DNA from: a virus
Lineage: Duplodnaviria; Caudoviricetes
Direction: 5' to 3' (one strand)
IMG/VR virus record: IMGVR_UViG_3300033075_001674
Span: 1-64,000 of that record
DNA length: 64,000 nucleotides
Part shown: positions 40,901-51,852 of the stretch, one piece after another
How positions within the stretch are numbered: the stretch's first letter is position 1
Layout of the letters: the number at the start of each line of letters is the position of its first letter
Translations under genes and position numbers: made by a program
The notes under the pieces: generated by a model
Databases searched by the model: none
Told to the model about the DNA's origin: nothing
Seen by the model: the letters and a program-made list of their open reading frames with translations, nothing else

Positions 40901-41903
40901 CGCAGCGGTTCCATCTACGGACGTCTCCCGAGCCGGGGCCCTCCAGCAGCTGCAGCGTTTCCTCGGCACCGCTGTTACCCTCAACCCGGACACCCGCTTC
41001 AAGATCGATCCGGAATTCCTGCTCTCCCTCAGCAAGTCGGGAACCGCGAACTCCTACCTGGGGCTCTCCACCTCGCAAGACACGTCCAACCAGTCGGCCA
41101 ACGCCGGGACGTACACGATCGACGTGCCAGGAAACCTGGGCTGCACGCTGGTGGAGACGCTCTCCGAAGCCGAAGCCGAGACCCAGTTCTCGATCCTTCG
41201 GGTGGGCAGCCAGCGCCTCGGCAGGACGGAGATGAGCCGGCAAGAGGGGGAGGGCGGGCTCTACTTCATGGACCTGGAGGTTGTGTCCGAGGGCACGGGG
41301 GACGTCTACAACCTGAGCAATCAGGAGGCTTTCTCCGTCGACTCCCACCTGCACGATGGGTACGAGCTCTCCACCGTCGACTCTAGGTACGCCATGTCGA
41401 CCGAGGAGGAGCTGTGGCTGAAGCTGCCTCGCAGGGTCATCCCGCTGGGAAGCGACAACGACCCGGAGCAGGGGGTCTACCTCCTGAACCAACAGCTGCA
41501 GGTGACCGCTGAGGCCAGCAGCGTCGTTCGTGAGGTGCAGGATTACCTCCTCACGGACTTGCACCGGGATGTCTGCGCCTCTCCGCTCGCGATGGCACTC
41601 ACTCCCCACTACGTCTGCTTTTCGCTGGGATACGTCGGGGGACCTACCCCCGACGAGATGGAGAGCGCGTTGAATCGCATGATTCATGCGTTGTTCCCCG
41701 ACGAAGCGCTATCTGCGGACGCCCTTGTTACCCGGGTGTCTCAGCTGGGGGCCGAGACGATGACCTTGCCGCTACGCCTGTTCGCGGTGGTTTCCGACCG
41801 GGATCGAAAGCTCCGCCTCCTCTCCAGCCAGGACAGGCTCTCCATCGGCAGGCAGTCCGCCTTCTACCCTTACCGGATCGCCCTCAGTCGGACTCGGGGG
41901 TGA
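37980..41903 (+). CDS. baseplate J-like wedge protein with large insertions
   Basis: R..G.FA.G.V.V...F...; A..PG..YNI.P.SI......VTN...F.NG...ET.EE pattern of Baseplate_J; GG.VDVY. Confidence 0.75.
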   Translation: MAAQDIVAFLQERVRVFDQTIDVEAGSDFYQKVLRPLAGRIGPDPFTTDTRAFLLEVLGREYPELASGSLDALADALVLPIESFLSPVSAEITRIGRGLSLKNPDQLSVEEAEALGANLLEERSAGDFAKGVVRVYYRNPQGRTFTKAHVFSTEDRLTFIPTEDQSISAEEMLVNLDPVSGLYYVTVSLIATAPGDQYNIDPNSIRSVQGSQGHEKVTNPYRFVNGVAEQTAEEFVDSLPDRAGAKGMTQPTGIVRELSDAFPITRIAVVGHGDPEMERDIAEGGSLGETLLSGFSAATTMDSGGLPTTTLVTLSDAEEDLTTLGNGLVLTISHPDIEGRTKDLEVAQALSSTSLELAESVLYPGISGAYWTLRRRELVVSNSPLLSERFASAPNKVHLGGAVDVYLRGGEPDSTSMVIDVLDDEQPVLEGLDLSGSGSEVYLQDLVLSTDYVSGDATYRSVQKIWQERWALEILDGPAAGVYEILDVTEVSGSPLQLTLYSELPASASGARWRILDDLNVNLRAPKKIRYRGGDMETVQGLSQVATFGLTSFLDVGVESGDTLEILSGRDKGTYQVTALAGPGSSRLIINQPLTSTASSVPYVVYKENSASPLELPILRLTEVSVLDSSGQALGVTVPYGPCLGAISRGITNPAHGIKLSVPDALLGIVSQRLPSGANVSGRTISIFFEELGTYYVTFSGGNPVSVANIVSQINAAVGRNVATKVGADRFGVFPVGGKEARIVGPTSFLLNPLDTLFGGRYALSTKSIRSAFFTSTTFDELNPALSLDYDVVQFQDGAQVGVHGIASVTRRPATVPVTALFDPNGLISSVEGGFFPEADVRLDLGSRSIGTVRCFFLDPVSVEFESTARLTHTLESGETLQYKPDPQFESVVLPAAPGGSKPHDGNCLGGDNVFNTSLDLRAKEVRKGDKLRIDYIPIYTSALADVIVGLAGKTLLLSYGGESAQTLTFVRDSAAVPSTDVSRAGALQQLQRFLGTAVTLNPDTRFKIDPEFLLSLSKSGTANSYLGLSTSQDTSNQSANAGTYTIDVPGNLGCTLVETLSEAEAETQFSILRVGSQRLGRTEMSRQEGEGGLYFMDLEVVSEGTGDVYNLSNQEAFSVDSHLHDGYELSTVDSRYAMSTEEELWLKLPRRVIPLGSDNDPEQGVYLLNQQLQVTAEASSVVREVQDYLLTDLHRDVCASPLAMALTPHYVCFSLGYVGGPTPDEMESALNRMIHALFPDEALSADALVTRVSQLGAETMTLPLRLFAVVSDRDRKLRLLSSQDRLSIGRQSAFYPYRIALSRTRG

Positions 41904-42207
41904 TCCAGGGGGTCTGCTGCGCCAGGGCGATTTCGATGGCTTGGCCCAGGTTCCCCAGCCGCAGGAGGATCCCGGTATTCGGGTCGAACTCGGCGGAGCA
42001 GGCCGAGCAGGTGAGGGTGTAGCGAGGCAGGACGGATCCGGGGGTGTAGACGGAGCGGACTCCGGGGAAGGAGGGGGTACACCTACCCCCGCAGCGTGTG
42101 CAGGGTGTGTTTCGGATGAACACCTGCTCCGCGTTTCTTGTCGCCGCCAGCTCGTCGGGCGTGGTTCGGTGGCTCTCCAAGATAGACCGCAGCTCGTCTT
42201 CGTCCAT
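41884..42207 (-). CDS. small zinc-ribbon protein
   Basis: CTRCGG...CSACS; lone - strand gene inside the structural module. Confidence 0.65.
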   Translation of the reverse strand: MDEDELRSILESHRTTPDELAATRNAEQVFIRNTPCTRCGGRCTPSFPGVRSVYTPGSVLPRYTLTCSACSAEFDPNTGILLRLGNLGQAIEIALAQQTPWITPESD

Positions 42208-42223
42208 CTCTTGGTATGCTGGC

Positions 42224-43720
42224 ATGAGCGACATGGTAGCAGCCTTCACGATCAACCAGGATGACGGGGCCGGGGCCGGCACGCTCAACCGTTCGCGGTC
42301 CGGGCTCTGGCGGGACCAGGAGGTGACGCTCGTCGCGGAACTCGCGGGAAGCTACGCCTGGTACCTGCTGGACAAGCCTGGAGGTAGCGCAGCGACGCTC
42401 TCCGGGGCATCCAGCGATACCGCGACCATCACCCCTGATGTGAACGGGACCTACATGATCCGGCTCGTCTGTGGCCGGAGCGTATCGGTCCGTGTGTTCC
42501 GGGTCACCAAGGACTCCGCTGGGAACAGGGACGGTGTGTGGGCGCTTCCCGCCTTCGGCGAGGGGCCCAACGACGACAACGAGGGGGGAAACGAGCGGGG
42601 ATCCACCCCGACGATGGAGGCCATCTTCACGGACATCTGGACCGGGAACTTCCCCGGGGTGGCGGGGTCCGGAAGCTCCAACTTCGTGATCTACACGCAG
42701 GGTGGGGTCGATCTCCTGGAGGGGGAGTACGGTACTTTCGCAGAGGCCCTCACCGCTGCGCAGGCTCTACCTGGGATCGTGACCCTCCTGGTCAACGGGG
42801 ACGAGGACCCCCCGGCGATCCCCGCAGGCACGCATAACCTGGAGCGGCGGATCCGGCTCGTCGGGTTCACCAGCCTCTCCACCGGGGCGATCGATCTGGA
42901 TGTGTCATCTGGCGGGCAGCTTCAGAACGCATTCCACGTCGAAAATCTAAACCTGGTGGGGGAGCTGGGAAACCCGCTCTTCGTCGTGAGCTCGGGGGTG
43001 CAAGACCTTACGTTCGTTCGTTCGGAGAGGAGCGATGTCCCAGAGGGCGACGACCTGATCACCCTGGGGACCGGGACCAACACGCTGCGGGCCATCGAGT
43101 CCAGCTTTTCAACGGACGGGCAGGCCATTGTCAGCCCCTCGCTAGGGAAAGATCTGGTCGTCATCGCGGAGCGGGACTCCTTCTTCAATACGGAGTGCTT
43201 CCACGGTACCGCCGGCGAGCTGTACCTACGGCGAGATGGCACCAGCGTCATAGAGGCTACCGGCTTCTCGGGGACCTTGGTTCAGCAGAGCGGGGCCACC
43301 CGTTCCTTTCGGTTTCAGGCACTGGCCGGGACGGTAGGGAGCGATCCGGCGGACGGCACCAGCTGGACTACGGTTGGGACCGTCTACATCGACCCCGACA
43401 CTCTCGCTAACCCCCAGTTCACCACTCGTTCCTGGCTCTTCCATGCGGACGTCGAGGTGGCGGAAGCGTCCGCCGGCACGGTGCAGTCGAAGGTGCGCCT
43501 GGTGGATGCCTCTCTCACTGCGTTGGGTACGATCACGAGCACGCTAGGTGGCGCCAGCACCTTCCCTCAACACCTCTCCGCGGTGCTGACCGCCGGGGCT
43601 AGCAACGGGCAAGTGCGGTCCACGGGGACTGTCTACCTGGTTCAACTGCAACGACAAGGCGGCTCCGTCGGGGATGTTGCCTTCGTTCACAACGCCTTCG
43701 TCGAGGTATCCTGGAGCTGA
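42224..43720 (+). CDS. virion protein (PKD/Ig-like N-terminus, tail-appendage-like)
   Basis: SY.W.L.DKP.GS.A.L......TPDV.GTY.I.L pattern; beta-rich. Confidence 0.65.
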   Translation: MSDMVAAFTINQDDGAGAGTLNRSRSGLWRDQEVTLVAELAGSYAWYLLDKPGGSAATLSGASSDTATITPDVNGTYMIRLVCGRSVSVRVFRVTKDSAGNRDGVWALPAFGEGPNDDNEGGNERGSTPTMEAIFTDIWTGNFPGVAGSGSSNFVIYTQGGVDLLEGEYGTFAEALTAAQALPGIVTLLVNGDEDPPAIPAGTHNLERRIRLVGFTSLSTGAIDLDVSSGGQLQNAFHVENLNLVGELGNPLFVVSSGVQDLTFVRSERSDVPEGDDLITLGTGTNTLRAIESSFSTDGQAIVSPSLGKDLVVIAERDSFFNTECFHGTAGELYLRRDGTSVIEATGFSGTLVQQSGATRSFRFQALAGTVGSDPADGTSWTTVGTVYIDPDTLANPQFTTRSWLFHADVEVAEASAGTVQSKVRLVDASLTALGTITSTLGGASTFPQHLSAVLTAGASNGQVRSTGTVYLVQLQRQGGSVGDVAFVHNAFVEVSWS

Positions 43721-43723
43721 AGC

Positions 43724-44671
43724 ATGCCCCTTCCATCACACGTAAAGACCTGGCAGTTCGAGAACAACGTCGCCATCGCCGCGCAGGGAAGCGCCGAGGC
43801 CTGTGTGGACGCGATGTGGTTGTACGTGAAGGACACCCTCATCAACTTCGCGTCTTCGCCGTGGACCGTGGTGTCCAGCAGCGACGGTGTGACCTCGGGC
43901 GCATCTGACCTCTGGATTGACGCTGGGGACCTCGTTCACCACGGAACCACCCGCTCCTGGATTGTTCTGGAGCAGGTGGGGATGGGGGGCGGCAACTTCC
44001 AGATCTGCATCGACTTCAACTCCTCGACGGCCCACTTCGGTACCGTCGTCATCTCCGCCAACGCGGGCTTCACGGGGGGTTCAACGACCGCGCGCCCTAC
44101 GGCCACCGATGAGTACGTGCTCCTCTCCGTGGCGCAGATGGTGAACCTCTCTTCCGACGTGGGCATACGGTTGTCGATCATGCAGTCGTCAGACGGGCAA
44201 TGCACTCGGATCCTCATGGCCCATACCGGGGCTGTGCGTCTGACGGTGTGCCTGGAGACGCCGCACGAGACGTCTACAGGGTGGAACTACCCCCACGCAG
44301 TTCTTTGGCTTCCGAGCACGGCCACAACGCTGTCAGACCTCGTCGCGACCTACAACTGGAAGGCCCGCATCAACTCCACCAACGCGGTGGCAGTGTCCCT
44401 GGTGGAGGGGTTCTCCACGTACACGGGTCCGGCGGACACCACCTGGGGTAACATCGCGAACGAGGTCAGCGGGGAGTGGCCCATGTGGCCCTTCGCATTC
44501 GCATCGAGCACCGTGGGGGTGCGGGGGCGCCACGGCGCTTTCACTGACCTGCGGCTATGCTCCAGCGCTACTTCAGCGGCAGACACGTACCCCGCTGATG
44601 CCAGCAGGGTCTGGGTCAACTGGGGGGCGCTCATCATGCCCTGGGACGGAGGGGCGGTGAACCTGTCATGA
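43724..44671 (+). CDS. putative virion/tail-fibre-associated protein
   Basis: Trp/Thr/Ser-rich beta protein in the structural operon. Confidence 0.6.
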   Translation: MPLPSHVKTWQFENNVAIAAQGSAEACVDAMWLYVKDTLINFASSPWTVVSSSDGVTSGASDLWIDAGDLVHHGTTRSWIVLEQVGMGGGNFQICIDFNSSTAHFGTVVISANAGFTGGSTTARPTATDEYVLLSVAQMVNLSSDVGIRLSIMQSSDGQCTRILMAHTGAVRLTVCLETPHETSTGWNYPHAVLWLPSTATTLSDLVATYNWKARINSTNAVAVSLVEGFSTYTGPADTTWGNIANEVSGEWPMWPFAFASSTVGVRGRHGAFTDLRLCSSATSAADTYPADASRVWVNWGALIMPWDGGAVNLS

Positions 44672-44946
44672 CGGATCGAGCTGGCGGCGACATGGCGCGC
44701 TCCGACTGGGGCGGTTCTGCCCTGGGCGGTAAGGGGTCGGTGCTGCCGGGCGGAGACGCATCGAACGTCCCTCTTCCGCCCAGCGGATCAACGACCAGGT
44801 ACAAGATGCGAGCGCTGAACAGCCTGGGGGCCCTCGTGTCCTGGACCGTCAACGACGCTCCCGACACCGACGCAAGCGAGTGGGTAGGCGGAAACACGCC
44901 CTTGACCGAAGTCAGCGTGGCCGCTAGCTGGGTCGTGACCGTATAA
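44668..44946 (+). CDS. small virion-associated protein
   Basis: ATGA coupling. Confidence 0.55.
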   Translation: MTDRAGGDMARSDWGGSALGGKGSVLPGGDASNVPLPPSGSTTRYKMRALNSLGALVSWTVNDAPDTDASEWVGGNTPLTEVSVAASWVVTV

Positions 44947-44985
44947 GAGCTGCCGACCGGGGGCGGGCTACAGTACCCTGCCGGA

Positions 44986-47900
44986 ATGGCAACGACCTGC
45001 TCCTCTCTGCTGGCTTGGGGCTCCTCCTGGGGGTTCGGGTGGGGAGGCCCGTCCTTCACGATCGGCGGCCCGCTGCCCAGTGAGGACCCGTTCACCGACT
45101 TCTGCGTGTGCGGGTCCGCCACGCAACAGCTCGCTTCCTTCGCTGAAGTCACGCTGACCCCTGGGGATGTGGATCACGGGGCCCCCAACGCCGACGGCAG
45201 CTACCGACTCAAAAGCGACGATGGCACCCCCTCGGTCGCCTTCTTCGACAAGGCGGTGGGGGAGAAGTCCACCCTGGAGATCGTGTTCAGCGTGGAAGGG
45301 GAGGCCAAGGACCTCGGCACCACCCAGCAGGCCATGTTCGTCGGGCTGTACGACGACGCACTCTCCTGCGCAGGTCTATTCCTGAGCCCCGCGGGGATCG
45401 CCTACGGGGCTAGCTACGACGACAGCCCCCTGGTCATCCCCAGCTCCGAAGGGCTCATCGTACCCGAGACCACGTACGCCCTTCGGATCGTCGTGGACAA
45501 CGATGTGCGAGCGGTCTTTGTTTACCTCTCCGACTTCGAGTACGCGAAACAACACGGCCCGAAGCTGAAGTTCGTGCTCCCCCTGCTCGACTCCCTGACC
45601 GCCCCTCTTCATGAGGAGGGGGCGTACGTAGCAGTTCTGGGCACGACCTACAGCGTGGAGATCGCGATCCAGTCCATCTGCATGGCCCCGGCCTCCCTCG
45701 TCGACAACTTCCCACCCACGGCAGATCCCGGGAAGGATGTTCGGAGGCTCGGGTTGGCCCCCTTCCGGCTCGACGGGAGCGGGAGCAAGGACCCCGAAGG
45801 AGGCCCCCTCTCCTATGAATGGCGAGCCGTGGCTCTCCCGCCCCTAAGCGCCCACCAGAGCTCCGGGCAGGACGGCCGCACGTTGGCCAGCGTCAGCGGG
45901 TACACCGACAAGCTCTACACGCTTCACGCCGAGGCCGGGGACGACGCCTTCAGCTACTCCGCAGGGGACATCCTGCGCGTGGGGGAGGTGCTCGCTACGA
46001 TCGTGATCGCAGACTCCGATGGGGACGGGGCTTTCTTCCAGGTCACGGAGGAGGTACTGCCGGCGGAGCTCTCGGACGCCCCCTTCCTCCTCATCCGGCA
46101 GGATGGATTCACGGACGCGACGGTGGAGAAGCCCTTGTACTCCCCGGACACGTACGGAGTGCATCGCTTCCAGCTCCGGGTGAGCGACGCCGCCTTCTCG
46201 TCCGACTGGACCTCGCAGATCACGGTGATCCAGCGGAGGGAGACTGCGACAGGTGTTGTGCCTGATACGTCACACCTCTGGACGTACCTGTCGGATACCT
46301 GGGGGCTCCTCGAAGACGCAGGCCGCATCGAGACGTTGTGGTCGTCGGTGGCCCAGGTCCTTGGCGGGGAGATGCTACGTATGCTGCAGGTAGCGGCGTC
46401 GTCCAGCCTGCAGACCATCCCCCGACGGATCGTGCGTAAGTGGTTGAACTACGATCTGCTCCTCCGGGAGCCATTCATGGAACTGACCCGGTGCGAAGCG
46501 AGGTTCTCCGGGGCGGTGTCCGAGGCGCTGGACTCCAAGGGTCTCGACTACGAAGGCGAGACCCTGGTCGTCTACATCCCTGGTCGCACCGACCTCGTGA
46601 CGGTGACCATACCCGCAGGTGACACGCCCCAGGCGCTGGCGACCGCTCTGCAGACCGAGCTGGACTCCGCAACCAACGGCCTCACGGTGACCGCTCAGAA
46701 GAAGGCCCCCAGCTCCTGGGAGCTGTTGCTGCTTGCCCCCTTCCCTTTCATCGTCGTGGCGGGAACCACCGCCCTCTTCACTGTGGGCGATGCCAGCTCC
46801 CCCCTGAACGGCACCGGGGCGGAGCGCATCGACGCCTACACGCTCAAGGTGGGGGTGTCCCTGCTCAATCGGGGGGTAAAGAAAGGGGACCTCCTCAGCG
46901 TAGAGGGCACCGTGGTGCAGGTGAAGAGCCTGCAGGACAACTCCGCTGACCTGTACCGCTTCCAGCGCATCCAGACGGTGGAGGCTCTCCCGCCCTACGC
47001 CGACTCCTGGGAGATCCTTCTGAAGTGCACCTCCCCCCAGCTCAACTTCTGGGGAGGAGGGGTCGTCGCGGGGGACCTGGCGATGGTGAGCGTGAACGGG
47101 TCGCTCATGCGTACCCCCGTCGTGGGCCTCGTGGAAGCGCAGCCATCCGTGTTCGGACTGACCCTCGACGAGAGCCTGGCTGATCTGCTGGGGGCGGAGG
47201 GGAGCAACCTCTACCTCTGGGGGGTGTACCGCCGGTCCTACCTGCCGATCGGGGATGAGGTCGTGTCGGTGCCCACTCTCTCGGTGAACCCCTGGGAGGC
47301 CCGGGAGGTAAACATCCTCCGGCAGCACGTGGACTACTGGATCGATACCTTCCGGGACCAGAAAGTGCTGGCGTTCCGGAGCGGCCTGTTCACCGACGGG
47401 CTGACGACGATCACCACCCCCAGGCTGTGGGCGGAGGACACGCAGCTCGACAACAGCGCAGCGATCGAGGCGAACTTCGGGCTCACCGTGGGGTTGAAGC
47501 GCGAGGATCTGAACGAGGTCAACAACATCGACTACCTCTCTGCGGTGCGCGGGCTGTGGTTCGCTCGGGCCAAAGGGCCTCGCATCGGTAACCTTCGGAT
47601 CGCAGCGCAGATTCTCTTCGGTCTGCCCTTCGCGGAGGAGCGTGGGGTCGTGCAAGAGATCGACCCAAACTACACGCAGGACAGGGGTCGAATCCTCCTG
47701 GCTGACAAGGCCAACCCGGACAACGTGCGGAGCTACACCTACCCCTCCACTCTGAGCGTGGAGGTCAACCCGTCCACCCGGAAGACGTACGTGGTCGGGG
47801 ACGAGGTGGCCCAGTTCGCACCGCTGGTGGAGGGGGTGTCCATCACGGACAACACCAAGAACCCTGCCTGGGCGGACCCCTACGTCTCCCAGGGGGCCCT

Positions 47901-48891
47901 GTCCCGTCTGGAGACCACCCACCTCTACCTGGTGGAGGCGGATGTCACGGCGTTCAACCTCTCCAGCTTGCTGTTCGTCTCGAACTTCCTGCAGCGCATC
48001 TCCCCTGCGCGCACCAAGCCTCTCTTTCTGGTGCGTATGCGCGACCTGACTCCCGACACCGTGGACGTCGAGGATGCCCTGGAGATGACCGGGGTCCTGG
48101 AGCTCTACGAGAGCCCCTACACCAAGCCCTTCTCCTACCCTCTGGACGACATCCCGAACCTGGGGGAGCGAGAGGGGTCGGCCGCTATGTTTGATCAGCC
48201 TGACCCCTCTCCCCCCTGGGTTCTCACAGATCCCCTCGTAGGGGCGTCCCAGAGCAAGTTCGACACCGACATCGACCCTGCTACGGGGGCCCCCGCCACC
48301 TCCGACGACTCTACCCCCTGGGGGTGGGACACCGCCGCCCTGTCGCCGGAGAGCTTGGTGAGCGCGAAGCTCAGCTACGTCCACGCCGGAGGGAATATCC
48401 CAGCAGACCTGGAGGCAGAGCTGCGGGTGGATCAGCCGTTGATGGTAGGAGAGACGCTCCTCTACGGGAGGTCCTGGGTCCCGGCCTTCGGAGAGCTCGG
48501 CTACCAGCTCGGGGGACCGGTCACCTCTGTGGCGCCCCTGTCCGTCGACGCGGCTGAGCTGCGGATCGTAGGGTGGCCCTCTGCGTCCACCTTCGACTAC
48601 GTGGTGAAGATCTTCGTGAACTCGGTCCTGGTATCCACCCTGGAGGTAACCCACACCGCCGACGGTACCTCTCGCTGGTACTGGGGTCCTTCCCCGGCGG
48701 GGGCTACGCTTCCCGGGGGAGGGTTCAGCGTGTCTCCGGGAGATGAGGTCCGAGTCGGCATCTACGCCACCACGGAGGAGCGTTCTCGCCAGAGGCTCAG
48801 GCTCGTCTCGCTGACCCTTGGGGAGGGCGCCTCCTGGACATCCGGGGGACCGCTCGCGGCGGACACCTACGTAATCCACAGAGGTCTGTTA
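44986..48891 (+). CDS. large baseplate wedge/virion protein with PKD-like domain (ends at TTA 48889-48891; standard code to 48945)
   Basis: PPTAD.G....LDGSGS.DPEG..LSY.W (PKD-like); YLSAVRGLW......GP...N pattern; TACCCT-N6-ATG promoter. Confidence 0.7.
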
Positions 48892-48902
48892 GGATGCCAG
48901 GC

Positions 48903-49577
48903 ATGCGGCCCAACACCACGGTGCGCCTCGCCAGGAGCAACTTGACGCTCACCGCTTACAACGAGCGGGGTAAGCGCGTCGGGTGGCGCAAGGGGCACAA
49001 CATCTTCCTGACCCTGGGGAGGACCTGGCTCCCCGACCTGGTGAGCTACTCCGCCCTCCCTGCGGGTACCCCGCCCCCTGTGGGGCCCGTTACCCGCACC
49101 GACTCCCGTGGGGTCCGGTACATGGGCCTGGGCATCGGAGGCGATCGGCAGAGCAACCTGGCCCTTGCCGATGCCTCTCCGCTGGTCGATCACTACCCGG
49201 GCACGAACGTCCAGACCGACACAGACCCCGGGGTGGTTGCGCTGGAGCGCCCGGTACGGATCACCGCGGCCACCCCAGGCAGCCCTGCGCTGCCCCCGGG
49301 TTACGACGCGGGGGACGTGTGGCTAGGGCAGATCGCTGCGCCACCCACCAAGCCCAACGCGACGACGGTGAGGTTCTCCCGCCTCTTCACCTCGGGGGAG
49401 GTGGCCTTCGGCCCCTTCACGTCGGTCCCCATCTCGGAGATCGGGTTGTTCCTTCACAGCGACAGCGCGACCTACATCTACACCTACAACAACGCGCCGT
49501 TCGCCTACGACACGTTCGACACCTTCCACATTCGCTCGGGGTTCGGCGTGCTTGCCGAGTGGGAGCTGAGGTTCTGA
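48903..49577 (+). CDS. tail-fibre-proximal/collar baseplate protein
   Basis: HN.F...GR.WL...YMG.G.G...D..LE.PV...ISEIGLF pattern; TGTTAGGAT-N7-ATG promoter. Confidence 0.65.
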   Translation: MRPNTTVRLARSNLTLTAYNERGKRVGWRKGHNIFLTLGRTWLPDLVSYSALPAGTPPPVGPVTRTDSRGVRYMGLGIGGDRQSNLALADASPLVDHYPGTNVQTDTDPGVVALERPVRITAATPGSPALPPGYDAGDVWLGQIAAPPTKPNATTVRFSRLFTSGEVAFGPFTSVPISEIGLFLHSDSATYIYTYNNAPFAYDTFDTFHIRSGFGVLAEWELRF

Positions 49578-49578
49578 C

Positions 49579-51852
49579 ATGCCGTTCTACCGACACGCAG
49601 CGCCTACCTGGTACGGCGCCGGGACCATCAACCCCTCCACCACGACACCTACCGTTCTCGGCAGCGGGGAGTCCTACATCTTCTGGAACGTCGCTGCGAG
49701 TGGGGCGGGCGGCGCCCCCCAAGGCACCCAGGTGGACAGCGGGGCCTCGCGCTACACCTTCGGGGTCGCTTTCGGGGAGAACGCGGAAGCGCTGTCGGTC
49801 AACAGGGGGTTCAAGGCCCTGTTCCAGAACACCGACTACCTGGACGAGGTGGTGCAGGCGGACCGGGTGCGCGCAGTCACGATCCCGGTGACGTTTGCGA
49901 CCGACACGACCGACCTCACTCTGCCCGCAGACATCTACCTCGGGGCTCTCGGGGCCTCGCTCACGGAGGACCACCTCAAGAACGTTCTCCGCCTGCTCAC
50001 CGAAGAGGGGGTGGAGCTCGTCGACTTCGCCACGTCCACCTTGATCGCCCCGCAGTCTTGCTCGGAGGCGACCTCCCCTCTCTACTCCGCTGGAACGGAG
50101 GTGATCACCTTCGCCGCCGAGGTCCCCGCAGGGGACTACTTGCTGCTCTGCTACGAGCGGGTCAGCTACGCCCAGGCGAGCCGGGAGATTCTACGCCCAC
50201 CGTACCTGAACGCCCTTGCGGGGCTGGATGGCAGAGTTCAGCAGCTCTTCTCGGTCATCCGGGGAGACACCCTGGACCTGGATGCTGCAGTACCGGCCTC
50301 GCTGAGCGTGCTTCTCCGCCGAGGTGTGAACGGGGTGTACAGGTCCGGGTCCACCGCAGCCAGCGTGCCAGCTGAGCTCGTGGACTACTACCCTGCGGTA
50401 ACGGAGACGGATACCGCGGGAGCGGGTGCTTGGTTCCTGCGAGACGGGCCAGCGCTTACCGGCCTCTCCGAGAGCGACCTCTCCGCGGGGGAGCATCTTC
50501 GAGACCCTCTGGGCTCCATGTGGTGGAGCCGGCTGAAAGACACCGACCCGGGCAATGGCACCGGCATCCACCAGTTTGTGGGTGGAAGCCGAGGGTTCGT
50601 GGTGACCTCTGCCACCCCGCTCTCCACAAACGCCGGCAGCATGAACGGAGCCGCTGCCATCGATGCGTTCGCTGCGTTCGTGGAGTCGAACAACTCCCAC
50701 AGCAGCGATACGTACACGCCCACCAAGCTCGCCCTGCCGCTACTTTGCGATCTGCAACGAGTCACCGGCGACGACTTGGTGACCATCTCGGGCGGCAACT
50801 GGTTCACCAAGACCATCTCCCTGGTAGTCCGGTCGGCGCTCTCGGTGGGACAGACCCTGATTGAGATCGAGTGGTCCAACCCCTCGGACCTCCTGGCCCC
50901 CGGTTCGGACCAGCGAAGGGTCTACCGCATCAAGGAGATCGTCAGCGCCACGCAGATCAAGATCATGGCGGTGGACGGGAGCGATGTCGGCCTCCCGGCC
51001 TCCCTCACCTCCGGGACGATCATTCGCTACTACACCCCTACGTTCCTGGCTACCGCAGGCAGCGGTGCAGTGCAGGCCCTCAAGGGCAACCTCAGCAACG
51101 CAGTGCTGGATGCTGGGGTAGTCCTGATGCTGGTGCCTCCGACGGCGTCCTATGACGCGGGCGATGCGGTGCTATTCAAGTCGGCGTATGCAGGGGCCAG
51201 CAGCACCGGGTCCGGAGCCCTCGCTTTCGAGTGGGGGGGCTACGAAGCCAGCGGCGGAGCAAGCTCCGCTTTTACCTACAAGCGCTTGGGCTCTCTGCGG
51301 GGGGATGGGAGCATCGTCCCCACCAGCATCACCTCCGCGAGCGGAACGTTCACCACCCTGGTGGCCCCTACCGCGTACCTCACGACCGTCTCGGCGACGA
51401 CCCTTACCGCCACGACGGGTACTGTCTCCACGCTGACGTCGACCACGGCGTCGATCACCAACGCCCTCCCCTTCGGCCTGCGCATACAGCAGCAGCGGAA
51501 GAAGGTGACGGATCTATCCTCGGTGACCGGCACCGTAGCCATAAATCTCACCGCCATCCTCTACGAGAACCAAGTTGCCAAGGTGGTTTTCTCGGGAACG
51601 GCCTCTCTCACCACCATCACGCTGTACCCCTTTGAGGGCACCCCTGGGTACACCTTCGAGGTGTGGTTCGATCAGCAGACCGCTGCTGCGCAGATCGCCA
51701 ACAACTCCACGACCTGGCCCAGCTTCCTCAAGTTTCGGTCCGAGGCAGACAAGTTGCTGACCGGTGAGGTCGGCTGGATCGACATCTTCACTTTCAACGT
51801 GCTGGCCGTAAACAAGGTCGAAGTCAGCGTTCGCAGGATCAAGGTGAGCTGA
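49579..51852 (+). CDS. putative tail fibre protein
   Basis: Thr/Ser-rich repeated beta segment; C-terminal T.WP...D.F.F domain. Confidence 0.6.
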   Translation: MPFYRHAAPTWYGAGTINPSTTTPTVLGSGESYIFWNVAASGAGGAPQGTQVDSGASRYTFGVAFGENAEALSVNRGFKALFQNTDYLDEVVQADRVRAVTIPVTFATDTTDLTLPADIYLGALGASLTEDHLKNVLRLLTEEGVELVDFATSTLIAPQSCSEATSPLYSAGTEVITFAAEVPAGDYLLLCYERVSYAQASREILRPPYLNALAGLDGRVQQLFSVIRGDTLDLDAAVPASLSVLLRRGVNGVYRSGSTAASVPAELVDYYPAVTETDTAGAGAWFLRDGPALTGLSESDLSAGEHLRDPLGSMWWSRLKDTDPGNGTGIHQFVGGSRGFVVTSATPLSTNAGSMNGAAAIDAFAAFVESNNSHSSDTYTPTKLALPLLCDLQRVTGDDLVTISGGNWFTKTISLVVRSALSVGQTLIEIEWSNPSDLLAPGSDQRRVYRIKEIVSATQIKIMAVDGSDVGLPASLTSGTIIRYYTPTFLATAGSGAVQALKGNLSNAVLDAGVVLMLVPPTASYDAGDAVLFKSAYAGASSTGSGALAFEWGGYEASGGASSAFTYKRLGSLRGDGSIVPTSITSASGTFTTLVAPTAYLTTVSATTLTATTGTVSTLTSTTASITNALPFGLRIQQQRKKVTDLSSVTGTVAINLTAILYENQVAKVVFSGTASLTTITLYPFEGTPGYTFEVWFDQQTAAAQIANNSTTWPSFLKFRSEADKLLTGEVGWIDIFTFNVLAVNKVEVSVRRIKVS

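Noticed and set aside
42212-42235. TGGTATGCT as a leaderless promoter for the 42224 gene
   Set aside because: Good extended -10 match, but the spacing to the ATGs is 3 or 12 nt rather than 6-7, so it is not counted in the leaderless set.
6645-48891. Sequencing error (TAA or TGA miscalled as TTA) or frameshifts as the cause of missing stops
   Set aside because: It would need the same error at 14 gene ends on both strands while long genes stay intact. Unlikely, but raw reads should still be checked.
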